Below the pieces are notes generated by a model, which did no database searches, was not told the DNA's origin, and worked only from the letters and a program-made list of their open reading frames with translations. Source: Sphaerodactylus townsendi (taxonomy: Eukaryota). Taken from it: a DNA stretch of 64,000 nt. The stretch covers positions 67,270,001 through 67,334,000 of the forward strand of contig NC_059429.1 in NCBI RefSeq assembly GCF_021028975.2. The letters run 5' to 3'. The position numbers and the translations under genes are program-made. Within the stretch, counting starts at the first letter, position 1; the number at the start of each line of letters is the position of its first letter. Of this stretch, positions 13,732 to 25,869 are shown piece after piece.

Positions 13732-15096
13732 CTGTAAAATAAAATTCTTAATTGATATATGGAATGAACAGAATTATTTCATTACAAAAGAACAGATCAC
13801 CCACAAGAAAAAGATCATGCCTTACAGTACAAAACCGAAGGGCAACCTTGCAAAGAGGCAGATTGTTACAAAAAGGTGGCAAAGCCACTGCCTAGAAAAC
13901 ACTGGGTTGTATGAAAGCAGAGCTTTACTCATGAACAGATTTTTCCCATCTTCTACAGTCCAAATATTGCCCAAAATGCTGCTGTTCAAGAACACTGTTG
14001 GTGTAGAATCAGAAGATACAACTTGCTTGGGAAAACCACACTTCCCTAATGCAAAGATACCGAATGTCAATTCTGTCCCCTTGCAGAGGCCTCTGTTCCC
14101 ACAGGTTCTTATCACCTTGGTGGATAGCCAGAACCCACACATACAGCAGCCAAAACCGGTAAGTGGACAACAAAGTTCCTCATTCCCAGGAACTTTGTTT
14201 TGCTTAACAGTTATAGCTACTGTCTTATACCTGTCTGGATACTCTAAACAATCATTGTTGGTCAATCAGAACTGACATCAACAATAACAGAGCCTGGGAA
14301 CAAGCAAAGTTCCCACTGATCTTTGATGTTAAATAGATGTGCATAATTTTGTATAACTGGATATTACATTCAAGATTGGACTTAGCCAATCAGAATGCCA
14401 AAGAGGGGAATATCAGTCTGGAACAGTTTTGGCATCCGATCATCCTATAAGCAGAGCTTCCATGTTGTTCAAATATGGAGACTCTACTCATGGGATAATC
14501 TGCCAATAGTGCACCAGACTAATACCTACTTCTGCAGGGCCTGTCATATCACTCAGGTATTTACAAACAACCTGTAATTCTGCTGTGCATTGCAAAAGAA
14601 AAAAATCACAATATAAAAATATTGCAGCTCTTGGCATGCTGCAGAATGAAAAAAAATCCAATTTCAACAAAATTCAAAGCAGCCCAGGATGCAATGATCT
14701 ATGTTGTATTTTTTAACCTTCTACGTTAACAAATAAGGCTGTGGTTGTGAATTTGGATGGGAGTGATGATACTGGAACAGTCCATATCAATGACATAACA
14801 AATGAATAAACAAAGCAAGTTTATTATAAAGTTATTTCCAAATTAGAGTAAATTGGTATATTTCCAAATTAGGGTAAATTGGTATATTTCCAAATTGGTA
14901 TATTGACTGAATAGTTAAGCCTTGGCTTTAGTTTTAGTTGCCTTACAGTACTTGACACTCCAGGGGTGTAACAGATATAAATTTACAAAGCCAAGTAAAG
15001 CTGTCCATTACAATTAGGGAATGAATTAGTTGATTAAATAAGCAACAAAAATTATTTGTTTCAAGATCTGCAGTGGTCTTGGACAGAGGTACCTAC

Positions 15097-15298
15097 CTTG
15101 CCTTGGGAACTGTTCGGCTAACTTTCTGAGGCTTGTTAAGCTATCAGCACCCAGTTGGCTTAAGATGCCAGGCAGCATTTCTGTGATTGGTTTGGCTTCA
15201 GCATGACCAGTAATTGCAAATGTGTTTGCAGAGAGCGAAGCCTGGACCTTGGGGTTGTTGAAATGAATAACTGTTCCATCATCTTTTATCATATTCAC
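15097..15298 (-). CDS. BTF3L4: BTF3L4 coding exon 3 ([27 protein letters not shown]...LAEQFPRQ), NAC domain
   Basis: Within ORF 15026..15310; AG/GT boundaries; recognisable NAC-beta sequence. Confidence 0.98.
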
Positions 15299-16610
15299 CT
15301 GTTTAAACATAGTTATTAATATATCTTAATTTTGTAATAGTGAGCATTCATAACGTATGAAGTTAAAATAAATGGAATGTATATAAATATTATTGTTAAA
15401 AATACAAAATATACAAATAAATAAGCCTCAATTAAAAGATGTTTCAATGCAATCAGTATTCAGTTTAACACAGATGATTTTATTACACTGTTTTGTTGAA
15501 AAATTAAGCAAAATATGGTCTCTTAATCCCAATACTCATAGAATTAAACCTCCCTTCCACCTGCAGCTAACTGTGTTCATTAAAATCCTGCACCTGGGGG
15601 GTTGGTAAAGTCCTGGAACAGTGTGAGGGGCCTGTTGGGTGAGGAGACATAAATATTATGCCGGTATCTTAATTTTATTAAATTTCTATACCACTCTTCC
15701 CCTTTCAGGCTCGTACTTCTTACACTAAACCAATGTATTGGACACAATACAAAATTGTCAATATTAGTGCCACCTATTTTGGAAATCATCAGAAAAACTG
15801 CCAAGCTTAATAACAAGTATTTTAAACACATGGTGGACCTTTCCTGCCCCCTCCCCAATTGAAAAAAACAGACTTAAATCATTCTTAGCGTTTGCAAAAT
15901 TACAATTCAGGGGAACACATTCAAGTTTTGAATTGATACCTAATTGGAATAAGTTGTGTATCTTGGCAGGTTTTTTTAGGTTGCAGTCAAATCAGCCCTT
16001 GGTAGAATATCTCATTAGGTGTGTGACATATCCCTAAATACAAAGTGTTGCAATGTCAAAGCAACCCATAATGTTACTCTGGCAAACCCTAACCTTTACA
16101 GAGTGCACTATTATCACATACCATCTGATGGTAAGCCAAACTATACAGTTCAGCGCCAGACCCGATCCAGCAGGGTTGAAGCAACTTTTCAATTTTCTCC
16201 AAAAGCTGTGAAAACTGATAGCTGCAGTAAGCTGTATCCAATAAACTATAGTAGCATTCTGAGTAGACCTGCTTAGGATAGCACTGCAAATTCCCAAGTG
16301 GAGCAGGCTACTTTTCATTCTGACATTCAGAGTTTTATGCAGATATTAATTTGAAAAATGCCAGTTATTTTCATGCATAATAAATATTCCTAGTAAAGAA
16401 GGATAAAGTTACCCCAAATTACCCTCTGTTTCTAAGTAACCTGGTCCCATCCAAATATGATGGGAATTTGAACACTGGTTTTGTAGCTAAATAATTGTCT
16501 GTTTCTCACAAAATTTTGTTTTGTAGGGAGATCTATGTGATTTTCTTCCTATCCTTGGTGCAACAAGTGATTTTTTGCATGAAAATAAACCTCAATAACT
16601 TATTATTCTA

Positions 16611-17065
16611 GTGTTCTGGGTCGTGTTCACTAGCCCTTTGCCGGCTTACTGAACACCACCCAGACAAAGGATGTCTCCAGGCAGTAAGTAGTCAAAGGGC
16701 TAGTGAACACCATCCAGAACACCACCCACCACTCTAGGCAGTAAGCAATCAAAGGGATCAAAAGGCCAGGCTACTACAATGCAGATGCCCTCACTAATTG
16801 ATTATGCTATCTTCATAGTTACTCACATGGTAAATGGGTGGATCCCACCCAAAACATGCAAATCAAGCTTGCTAATTGCACCCTTTACACTTGTTAACAG
16901 GCAATTGGCTCTTCCTCCCACCCTGGACATTCCACAGGTATATATACTCCACTTGCTTCACTACCATCAGATCATCTAAAGATGCCAGCCACAGATGCAG
17001 GCAAAACGTCAAGAGAAAATGCTACTAGAACACGGCCATGCAGCCCGGAAACCACACAACACTCC
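16611..17065 (+). mobile_element. Penelope-like element 3' fragment with 5' inversion and a degenerate hammerhead
   Basis: Inverted repeat 16611-16650 vs 16682-16722; GATGCCAGCCACAGATGCAGGC...GGCCATGCAGCCCGGAAACC is shared with copies at 45.9, 54.1 and 62.2 kb. Confidence 0.75.
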
Positions 17066-17097
17066 ATTGCTATGACTGTTTTTACTGTTTTTACTGT

Positions 17098-17330
17098 TCG
17101 CTGCCATTTCATTTTATTTTATGATTTTACATTTTATGTTTTTATTACTATTGATTGTTTCCTGATTGCTTACTAGACCTATATGACAATCATTAAGTGC
17201 TGTACCTTATGATTCTTGACAAATGTATTTTCTTTTATGTACACTGAGAGCATATGCACCGGAGACAAATTCCTTGTGTGTCCAATCACACTTGGCCAAT
17301 AAAGATTCTATTCTATTCTATTCTATTCTA
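17098..17330 (+). mobile_element. Rex1/Babar-like LINE 3' end with (TTCTA)n tail
   Basis: Near-identical to the reverse complement of 50771-50997, the tail of an RT-bearing copy. Confidence 0.85.
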
Positions 17331-18063
17331 TGAGCCTTGTGGGGAAGGGTGGGATACAAATTGAATAAATAAATAAATATTTTCCCAATTGGTTTTTAAA
17401 GTGCATCTATCAGCAAACTCTATAGCCCGCTTTGATTAAATATCACTAGAATTGATAAGGGTAGGTCAGATAAAATTGTTGGGAGGGACACAGCTAACAG
17501 GAGACCATTTGGACATCCTTGTTCTATGTTTAAACTAGAATGAAGTATCTAATTTCAACCTGTGCTTCTTACCTGCAGATATTTAAATCCACAGATAGGA
17601 GGCACACTCACCCCAAACAGAGGTTTCTTCAAACTTGGGTTACTCCTCAAGTTGGCAAAAAAATCTGAAAACTTTAAGAAAACGGTAGGTTTTTAATTCT
17701 CCTGGTGGGGGCAGAAAGGTGGGGGCACAAAGAGGAAGAGACTGCTGGAGTGGTGGAACAGAAAGAGAAAGGAGAGGGTGGGGTAAGGAGGCAGAAAGAA
17801 GAGAGCTGTGGTAGGTGGGCAGAAAGATAAGAGAGTTGGGGTAGGGGAGAGCAAGAGAGAACGAAAATAGGTGGGTAGAAAGAGAGGGAAGAATAAAAGG
17901 AACGGTAGGATAGAGTGGGCAGTAGAGAAGAAGGGGAACAGAAGAAAAAAACTGGGAGTAATTTCCACTCCCCGCAAGTTTTCTTCAGGTTCTTACTTGT
18001 TTCATGGGACTGCTGTGTATATCTAAAAACAAAGCTTTCAGAAAATGGTTTATATTGATTTAC

Positions 18064-18177
18064 CTCTTCAATTCCAGCGATATTGTTTACTGCCAACTTT
18101 TTGAGGGAACTTTGAAGTTTTTTGTCATCTGCTGTTGCTGTTCTATGAACTACCTTCTTCTTTCTACGAGCTGTACC
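18064..18177 (-). CDS. BTF3L4: BTF3L4 coding exon 2 ([38 protein letters not shown])
   Basis: ctcag acceptor, GTAAAT donor, phase 0/0; contains the RRKKK ribosome-binding motif of NAC-beta. Confidence 0.98.
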
Positions 18178-19082
18178 CTGAGACATACAACAAGAGAAAA
18201 ATTAGCATCACTTCTAGATGAAGTAAGTCTGTCCCATCAATTTTCCAAAAACAGTCTCAGTCCTGTGAAATTTTACAGATAAATGTAATTATTGTGGTAT
18301 GTGATTCTGCACCAACAATTGTTTCTAATACAGCACAATGAGATGAAGTAAAGGCAGAGCAGGGAACTCCAGGTAATAACAGCTGCTGACTGATAGCTGC
18401 TGATAGGGTGGCTTCTGATAGGGTGGCTTCATTCTACCACGAGTTCCATGTGGGAGAATACAGGCCAAGTGAAAATGCATGATCACACACGTCAATGTAT
18501 ATACAGCTGTTAGGACCAGATACACTACCAGCTCCATTTTTGTCACCTATTTTGCAAGCAGACATGGAAATGTGAGACTGAAGAGGGATTGCTTTAAATT
18601 ATTATAATACATTGTATTTATTTATTTTTTAAAATTACAGCTCATCTTTCCTCTAAAATAGCCTTCATGACAGTTTACAAATCCACACATCTTTAAAAGA
18701 TGAACAGTATATTTAAACAATACCACAAGGGAAAAATCACCCAGATAAATATCACTTACCATTAAAAGACCAGGGGAAAAATGGCATTAGGTTGCCTTTA
18801 CAAGATACTAACGATGGTTCCAGGCATACCTCCCTCGACCAGAGCATCACCACAGGAAATGCCACTCTGACTTCTCTAACCTCCAAAATCACCCCCATTC
18901 CTGTAGAAGGCTCTCAGATTATGATCTAAAATGGGACATTTACTGTGACTATGCTGAGTATAGGCATGCCTGCATCAGAATGGACAGTATGCTGTTGAAA
19001 ACAGTATTGTTCATCAAAACTTGCAACTATGGAAGGTAATGCCTCTTCATGAATGCAAAATAATATATCCTTCTATTCATAC

Positions 19083-19136
19083 CTTTCCACCTATTCGGAC
19101 CTGAGCCTGAAGTTTGGCCAGTTTTTCTTGATTCAT
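19083..19136 (-). CDS. BTF3L4: BTF3L4 first coding exon (MNQEKLAKLQAQVRIGGK); exon starts at 19147
   Basis: ctctttcag acceptor, AAGATG start context, GTATGA donor. Confidence 0.97.
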
Positions 19137-22100
19137 CTTGCTTTATCCTGAAAGAGAACATACACCAAATAAGATTAAAATTTTAAAAAAGAATAATTGC
19201 ATGTCTATGTTGTCAATATATATATACACATGCTAATTTATTTAAAAGAGTTATATTCCTGCTGTTCTCCTGGCCAAGTCGGAGACTCCAACAATGTTCT
19301 AAATTCTGGAACTCAAGCAACCAAGTAAAAATAATAGCATTTCCCCCGATTCTGAACCCAGCTCATGAATTTTCGACAACACATCATGTTATCTTGTGTC
19401 CCTTTCTACAACCTTCGAGTTCCTTCAGGCAGGAGAAGAGGGCTATTACTCCCTGCCATTAAAATGTCTCTGGCAGGTTGACCTCTAACTCCTTAACTTC
19501 ATCCCTAATTTCAGTGCTTACTTTTCTCCATAGGGAAAAGTAACAGCTATTGATAAAACAGAGAGAAATAAAAGTATGCACTGGATATGGACTAAATCTA
19601 CTTAAGAATTCGAATATCTTAAATCAGAAACAGTTTTCCTCCCCTATGGCCATGGCCAACACTGAAATCCATTTACCTTGTATCACAGAATTCAATGGGA
19701 GTCAGTGAGAGCTCAGCCATCTCAGTCTGCATATAACTCTACATCTTTATCTGACCAGCTCTGCCTCATGTATCATCTTAGTCATGTTAGTGTCAGAATG
19801 TCGATAAAGCGTAAGACAAAAAAAGAGAAACAGAATTTTGGAGACTAGTATTATACTTGAGTTGATCACATCTGACCACTTTCTAAGGAGCTAATGGACA
19901 ATTTAGCTTCATAACTCTCATGAGATGTAGGTTATACTAAGTAGAAGTAATTCACCCAAGATAACTTGGTGCGCTTCACAACCAAGTAGAGATTTTAACC
20001 TGAAGTTCCCATGCACTATACCCAACTAAAAGATTCATTAGTGCAGCATAGTCGTAAACACGTTTACTTCCATTTTTAAATGTGACCAAGTAAATATGCA
20101 CAGAATTGCCTCCTTACTTAAACAAACAAGCAAACAAAAAAAAAAACAGTCCTAAAACACACTTGCATACAACCAAAGACCAACAAACACTTTGCTGTTG
20201 GGTAGATTTTCATGGAAACGTATAAACGTAATAGTCAAATTGAAACATTTCTATATTGGGTTTGACATATATTTGGAAGCTAATCAAACCTTCATAATAG
20301 ACATATTTGGATGAAAACAAGCATATGGCCTTTCCTATATGTCCTCTATATAAACATGCAAGCAAAGCATTCAGATATCACAGTAAGCCACAATTTGCTT
20401 CTCATATGCTGAACGTTCACTTTGGTCCTTCCTTGTCACATGTAGCATAACTAAAGAGTTGTGGTTTGATACTAGATTCATTTCCTTCTGATGAACAAAC
20501 TGAGGCACCTATGTGAAGAACCTTCGACAGGAAGAAAAGGATGGGGTAAAAAAAAAGAAGAAAATGTTTTCTAATACTGGCAACTGCAATCCTACATCAA
20601 TGACTTGGTAGAGGAACCCCTACTCCTACATTTCATGTGTACCAATCACCCACTCCTAAGAGTACAAACAAGGTCAGATTATACAAGAAAGAAACAATAG
20701 GAATTGTCTTTCTTTCAGCCTTGAGAGATGCAACATTTACCTAAGGGGATAAAAATGGGGAAGAGAAGCACTTCCAGAGAGAATTATTTTCTAGAAGGGG
20801 GAACAGGAATGCACCTATACAGAATGATAACATCTAGGAGCACGTGCTTCCCTCTACTTGATGGCAAGTCCAACTGCAAGATTTGGAGGACGACATTAAT
20901 CTAGTATTCAGGGAGAGGAAGACATACCTTATGGAATAATGGGAGAAAGCATCAATTTTCCTAAGTAAAAGGAACATTATGTGCTTCAAAATACTAAAGA
21001 TTCCCATACTTTGTTCTATGATAACATGGTGCTCTCAAGGTCTCAAAATAAAAGGACACTAACAAAAATTCAGCAGATTGGATGAACTAGCCACAGTCCA
21101 TATTATAAAAGAAGCTATGTCCTACAGGAAAGGGGCAACCAAAATTAAAGTATCATCTCTACCTCAGAAAAAAAATCACAACGTATATACATAGGACAGT
21201 AATAATTTTACAGCAAAGTGAAAATTAATCCTATCAAGGTTCATATCAGTATTGTTCAGTTGCTGCCAGTGTTACTGCTTTGTTAATGTGTCCCACTCAA
21301 CTATCAGTTTTATGAATAACTTAGCTTTAGATGTCTGAAAAATGATCTGTCCTCATTAGGTTGCTCCCACCATCACTTGAACTACTTGAACATTTAATGT
21401 TTGGATGCTCAATTTGGACTATAGATTTTGAAGGGATATTTCCTCCCTCATGAACTTTCAGTTCATATGCATGTCTATCCATTTATATGTGTATATTAAA
21501 TGAGCACTGCATCTTTGCATTGTCATCTTAAAGACGATCTGGACCATTACTGTAGCCTATGGTATACTTTATAATTCTTTTTTGTAAAGTTATCTGGTCA
21601 TTATCTTGGGAAAATTAATATAAAAATGTAAATCAATAAGTGCGCAGAACTGTTTATAGTGAAGTGAAGAAGATAATTAACTCCACATTCCTAGGGGGAA
21701 ATGGGGACATTGTGGTGCAATGATTGGAGTGCTGACTTCAGACCAAGTGCAAATCATCACTCAGTCACAAACCGGGCCAGCCACCATTTCTCTGTTATCC
21801 TACATCCCACTGTTCCAGTGAGGATGAAAGAGGGAAACCATATAATGTCAAGCAGAGACTTCTGGAGGATAGGCAAAGTGTTAATCGCAGGATTGCTTGT
21901 GGTGCAGCCCACACACCCTAGCGGAACTCCTTCAATATCTAACACTGAAGGAAGAATCCCCTACTACCAAAGAAACAAAAATCAATTACATCAAGTGGAA
22001 CTTGAGTCAGAACCTCAGAAAATAATCTGAAAAAGGGAGCACAACACTCGCAGGAGTCCCGTAACGGCAAAAGTCCCCACGAGCTGTGCTTTAAGAAAGG

Positions 22101-22431
22101 GGGTGGAGCTAGTGCAGAAGCAATGGACCCCCGTCGGGGGGGGGGGGGGGTAGGTGTAACAGTATTCGCGAGAGCCAGGCCCGCTCGAGACTCAGCTGGG
22201 GTTGCACAGGTTTAACTGACACAGAAATGTCAGACCAGAGCCTATCACCCCTCTCCCCCATCAGCGTCGAGTTATAGGCCCATTCGCCTCCTCCTCGGTC
22301 CACCCGCAGCCCCTCCCACCATCCGTCGCTCTCTGCGCGAGAGAGGAAACTGCGGCCTTGACCTGTGGGGCCGGGGGGGGGGGGGTCATGAAGATCGCAA
22401 AGGCAAGAAGGGTCAAGCAAGAAGTTTTCAC

Positions 22432-22502
22432 CTAAGTCCGACGAGCCCTCCAAAGGCAACACGCGGCAAGAACAAGATGGCGCCTAGCTAGCCAAAGAGA
22501 GG
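22432..22502 (-). other. BTF3L4: BTF3L4 non-coding exon 1 (5'UTR)
   Basis: Lies in the CpG island; donor TTAG|GTGAAA; contains a YY1 motif; starts at a pyrimidine tract. Boundaries inferred. Confidence 0.55.
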
Positions 22503-22693
22503 CATCCAGAGAAAGGAGCCCCGGACCACGGGATTATTGCCCCGCCCCTCATCCCCGATTGGAAGAGAATAGGCCGTCTTTGCATAACACCAGGGTGACC
22601 GACGATGCTCCCTGTTTCTTCCGGTTTTCCTAATTCAGACAATAAAACCACAGGCCTCGGCGGACCGTGCTACGAGCGTGCCTATTAAATAAT

Positions 22694-22713
22694 GCATGCT
22701 GGGAATTGTAGTC
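22694..22713 (-). promoter_or_regulatory. ZNF143/THAP11 (SBS) composite motif GACTACAATTCCCAGCATGC
   Basis: Near-perfect match to the known ACTACAnnTCCCAnnATGC consensus typical of bidirectional promoters. Confidence 0.85.
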
Positions 22714-23402
22714 TTTACGAGGTTGGAACGGGAGGGTGGTTCTCCAATGCCTGGAGAAAATGAGATAGAGACTTTAGTTACGTGGTGATGTAACTTGCTC
22801 CCATATCGTAAAAAGTGTTTGCTGTCCATTTCCACCCACATTAGGACTCTCTTAAAGGGACATGATATTTTTCTGCAGTCCCGCTGCCAACCATTTTTGC
22901 AAGCTGTTCATCTACAGAACCGCCCCCCATACAGAAATCTTTTGTCCCTGGTGCTTTTCTACTATATTTTTCCAGTTAACGCTCGGAACATTATTAACTG
23001 GTGAAAATAAAACTGAAAGGATATGTGTAATTATTTTCTTTAGCGTTGGTATCGTCATGTAATAGCACGACAGGCAGAGGTTAGGATTACTCTTTATGAG
23101 CTATCGCCGAAGAGCTACACAGTTCCCTTGCGAAAATGCATACCACTTTTTCTCCCAGCATCTCTCTTAACAGGTTGAGATTTTTAAACTTCCGGGGAAA
23201 TTTAAAACAATTCGCTGTAAGATCTCCTGTCTGGAGTGTGTGAGTAGTATTTGTTCATTCACCCCGGACCAGAATCACTGGCGCACTCCTCACTTACGCC
23301 CGAAATCATCACTTCCTTTGAAGTAGAACTCGGATTTCAATTAATCGGATCTTGCTCCGAGGTCGGCGGTGCTGATCGCAATAACTGAGTTTGTGAAGCA
23401 TA

Positions 23403-23493
23403 ATGGGTCACTTAACAGCGTTCTGTACTTTTTTTCTTTGCTTCTTCTGTCGGTTATTTGTTACAGTTTCGGCTGAAGAAGGACTTGGAAAGG
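23403..23493 (+). CDS. TXNDC12: TXNDC12 coding exon 1, signal peptide (MGHLTAFCTFFLCFFCRLFVTVSAEEGLGKG)
   Basis: ATG at 23403 in ATAATGG context; hydrophobic leader followed by conserved GLGKG; donor G|GTCAGC in phase with exon 2. Confidence 0.9.
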
Positions 23494-23718
23494 GTCAGCT
23501 ATTAATTTTCCTTAATTTTAAAAATTTACTTGTATTTTAAATTACTGTGTTCTGCAACGAATAAGTGGCAAGAATTTCATTCATTCATCAATTGTAGTTT
23601 TTGAATAACCTTTCATGTTTTTGCAAGTATAAAGTCTTGTTTAAGTTCTCCATCCGAAAGAATATTTATTTATAGTCTGACTTTCTAACTGGGGTGCAAG
23701 GTGGGTTGTATAGACTGA

Positions 23719-23913
23719 GGATGCTTTCATATACGCTGAATAATGTGGTTTCAATGCACTTTGCAGCTGGATTTTATTGTGAATATGCTGAATAATGTAT
23801 TTGGTTGCAGCTGGATTTTATTGTGTGAAATAGCAAAATTCACTTGCAAATAATAATTAAAATGCATTGAAAGAGCACTGCATGTGCGTTATTCAGCATG
23901 CATGAAAGTTTCC
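23719..23913. mobile_element. Palindromic MITE (Harbinger-like)
   Basis: Imperfect TIRs GGATGCTTTCATATACGCTGAATAA / TTATTCAGCATGCATGAAAGTTTCC with an internal duplication. Confidence 0.6.
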
Positions 23914-24261
23914 AGCTGTTAATATGAATTAGTAGTTTCCTAGGCTGTAAATTAACGATAAACAGTGAAAAAAATGCATTCATTTCATAGGGGAAAAAGG
24001 GTAGAGGGATTTTAAAGTGCAGTGCAGATAATGTTGTTAACATTACAAGTGTATTTTTAAAAGGGTTTTGAGAAAAATAATTGTTATTCATTTATTAACT
24101 TCATACCCAATCACTGGGTTAAACTGATATTAAATATTGTACATTTTAGAATAAATTTTAAGCACCACTATGTTTAACTATATGAGCCACCATATACAGG
24201 CACAACAAAATCTGAATATCATGACCTGACAAAAACCTGTTTTTTTCCTTTGCTCATATTT

Positions 24262-24345
24262 GGCCTGATAAAGAGTTCTGGTGAACTCAAAAGCTTGAAC
24301 ACTGCTGTGTGTTGTTGGGTTGGTCCTAATAAAAGGTATTACATG
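24262..24345 (+). mobile_element. Ancient Penelope-like remnant with a degenerate hammerhead motif
   Basis: CTGATAA-A-GAGTTC-tggt-GAACTC-AAAA-GCTT followed by TTGGTCCTAATAAAAGGTATTAC. Confidence 0.5.
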
Positions 24346-25149
24346 GATTGTGTACTTGGTTTTTTGGTTTTTACTTTTGGACTGACACAGCTGTAACCAA
24401 CTTATCTAATTCTATATTTACATTAATACTCTGTCCTGAATTCTGTATTTTCTTTATTAAAATTTAGCTTAACATGATGGCACCTTTTCAGTTGTTTCAG
24501 CTTTGATATTTTGTTGCCACATAATTTTTGTTACACATACACTGCAACTTCATACATACATGCAAAGGGTTGGATTACATGCATTATTCTGTCTGTCACA
24601 GTTACCTGAGGCTCCAGAGAAACAGAACTTTTATTCCTTAAATGTGTCCCTTATTTCAGAACCGGCTAACTCCATATAATGGAGGCCAGTGTGTCATAGT
24701 TTTCCTTATTGCATCCTTTGGTCGATATCATTTCAAAATGTTAATCGTGACTACAAACTGTAATGCTCTTGTTTTATATATAATAAAACAGCTGTTTTAT
24801 ATATAATAAAACAGCTAAGAATTTAAAATGTGGTAGTTGTAGATTACTAACAACACTCGAGTAAGAAATAAACATTAAATGCATTTGCAAAACAAAAGTT
24901 TTTATTTCATATGTTTTTATCCTACCCTTCCTCCAAGGAGCTCATGGGAGCATATATCAGACTCCCCTAATCTATTTTACCCCCACAACTCTATGAGATA
25001 AATTAGGCTGAGAGAAAGTGACAGGCTCAAGGGCAGTTTCATGACAGGGTGGGAATTCGAGCCTAGTTCTTAAGGAGTGTTACATCCTTCTAAGTCCACT
25101 GTAGTCAATAGGTTTAGAAAGACATAACTCTCCTTAGGTTGGCACTATC

Positions 25150-25661
25150 GGGCCCTTTCTGCACAGGCCAATAAACCCAATATAATAATGGTTTAAAAAA
25201 CCATTTTGAGGGGGAAATTTGCATGGATCCCATCCCTAAAGTGAGTCTGCCCAGTGTTATTTCCCCCAAAATGGGTTATTCAAGAATCGCACTATCCGCG
25301 AGTCTTTTTAAAAATCCCAGGTTGCAGCTGCTTCTGAGCAAATGGCTGTGCAGGGAGCCGCTTTTTCAGCCCCATGTTCATTTTTTGCAAATCCCCGGTG
25401 CCTATCAGCATAACCACGCAGGCGCAAAGGGTTGTAACATCAGACAACATGGCTGTGGGTGTTCCGTTGTGCATGCCTGTGTAACTATGCATCAGTGGGT
25501 GGTAAATTTAAAAAAGAGAGACGTCTCCATGTGAAGGCGTGCGCCCTGGCCAATTCGCTCGCTAACCATGGGACAGCCAGCCATGCGAACAGCCCAGGGC
25601 CACGCTGGATTCATTTATCCTGGCTGCAACCCGCTTTACATTTGCTATGTGGAAACAGCCT
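25150..25661. mobile_element. PIF/Harbinger-like MITE
   Basis: Ends GGGCCCTTTCTGCACA... / ...TGTGGAAACAGCC resemble the TIRs of 37237-37715; a related inverted copy lies at about 30000-30303. Confidence 0.55.
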
Positions 25662-25808
25662 CATGCTGATTCAGATGTTCTAAGGAACATTATGATTACT
25701 TTTAAAAATAATTTATTCCATTATAGCTGGTGAGCAAAATATGAGTAATTACTTGTACCTCTTGTGATTAATATATGGTAAATTATGTATCTTATTTTTC
25801 CTTCAAAG

Positions 25809-25869
25809 GTTTTGGAGATCACATTAACTGGCGGACACTAGAAGATGGGAAAAAGGAGGCAGCAGCCAG
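25809..25869 (+). CDS. TXNDC12: TXNDC12 exon 2 (GFGDHINWRTLEDGKKEAAAS)
   Basis: AG/GT boundaries; matches ERp18. Confidence 0.97.

Larger units (their letters stand above)
22050..23402. promoter_or_regulatory. Bidirectional CpG-rich promoter shared by BTF3L4 (-) and TXNDC12 (+)
   Basis: Head-to-head genes about 0.9 kb apart; YY1 CAAGATGGCGC 22473-83, GC box and inverted CCAAT at about 22540-22562, ZNF143/THAP11 motif 22694-22713, ETS-like TTCCGG/CACTTCC sites. Confidence 0.85.

Noticed and set aside
13817-14275. Opposed 152-aa and 147-aa ORFs in a BTF3L4 intron
   Set aside because: No domain similarity recognised and no supporting splice or promoter signals; consistent with chance
17674-18063. 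Long hydrophobic Ser/Leu/Pro extension of the ORF containing BTF3L4 exon (17674..18186)
   Set aside because: Read-through past a canonical donor into a purine/pyrimidine-skewed low-complexity intron tract; not protein-like
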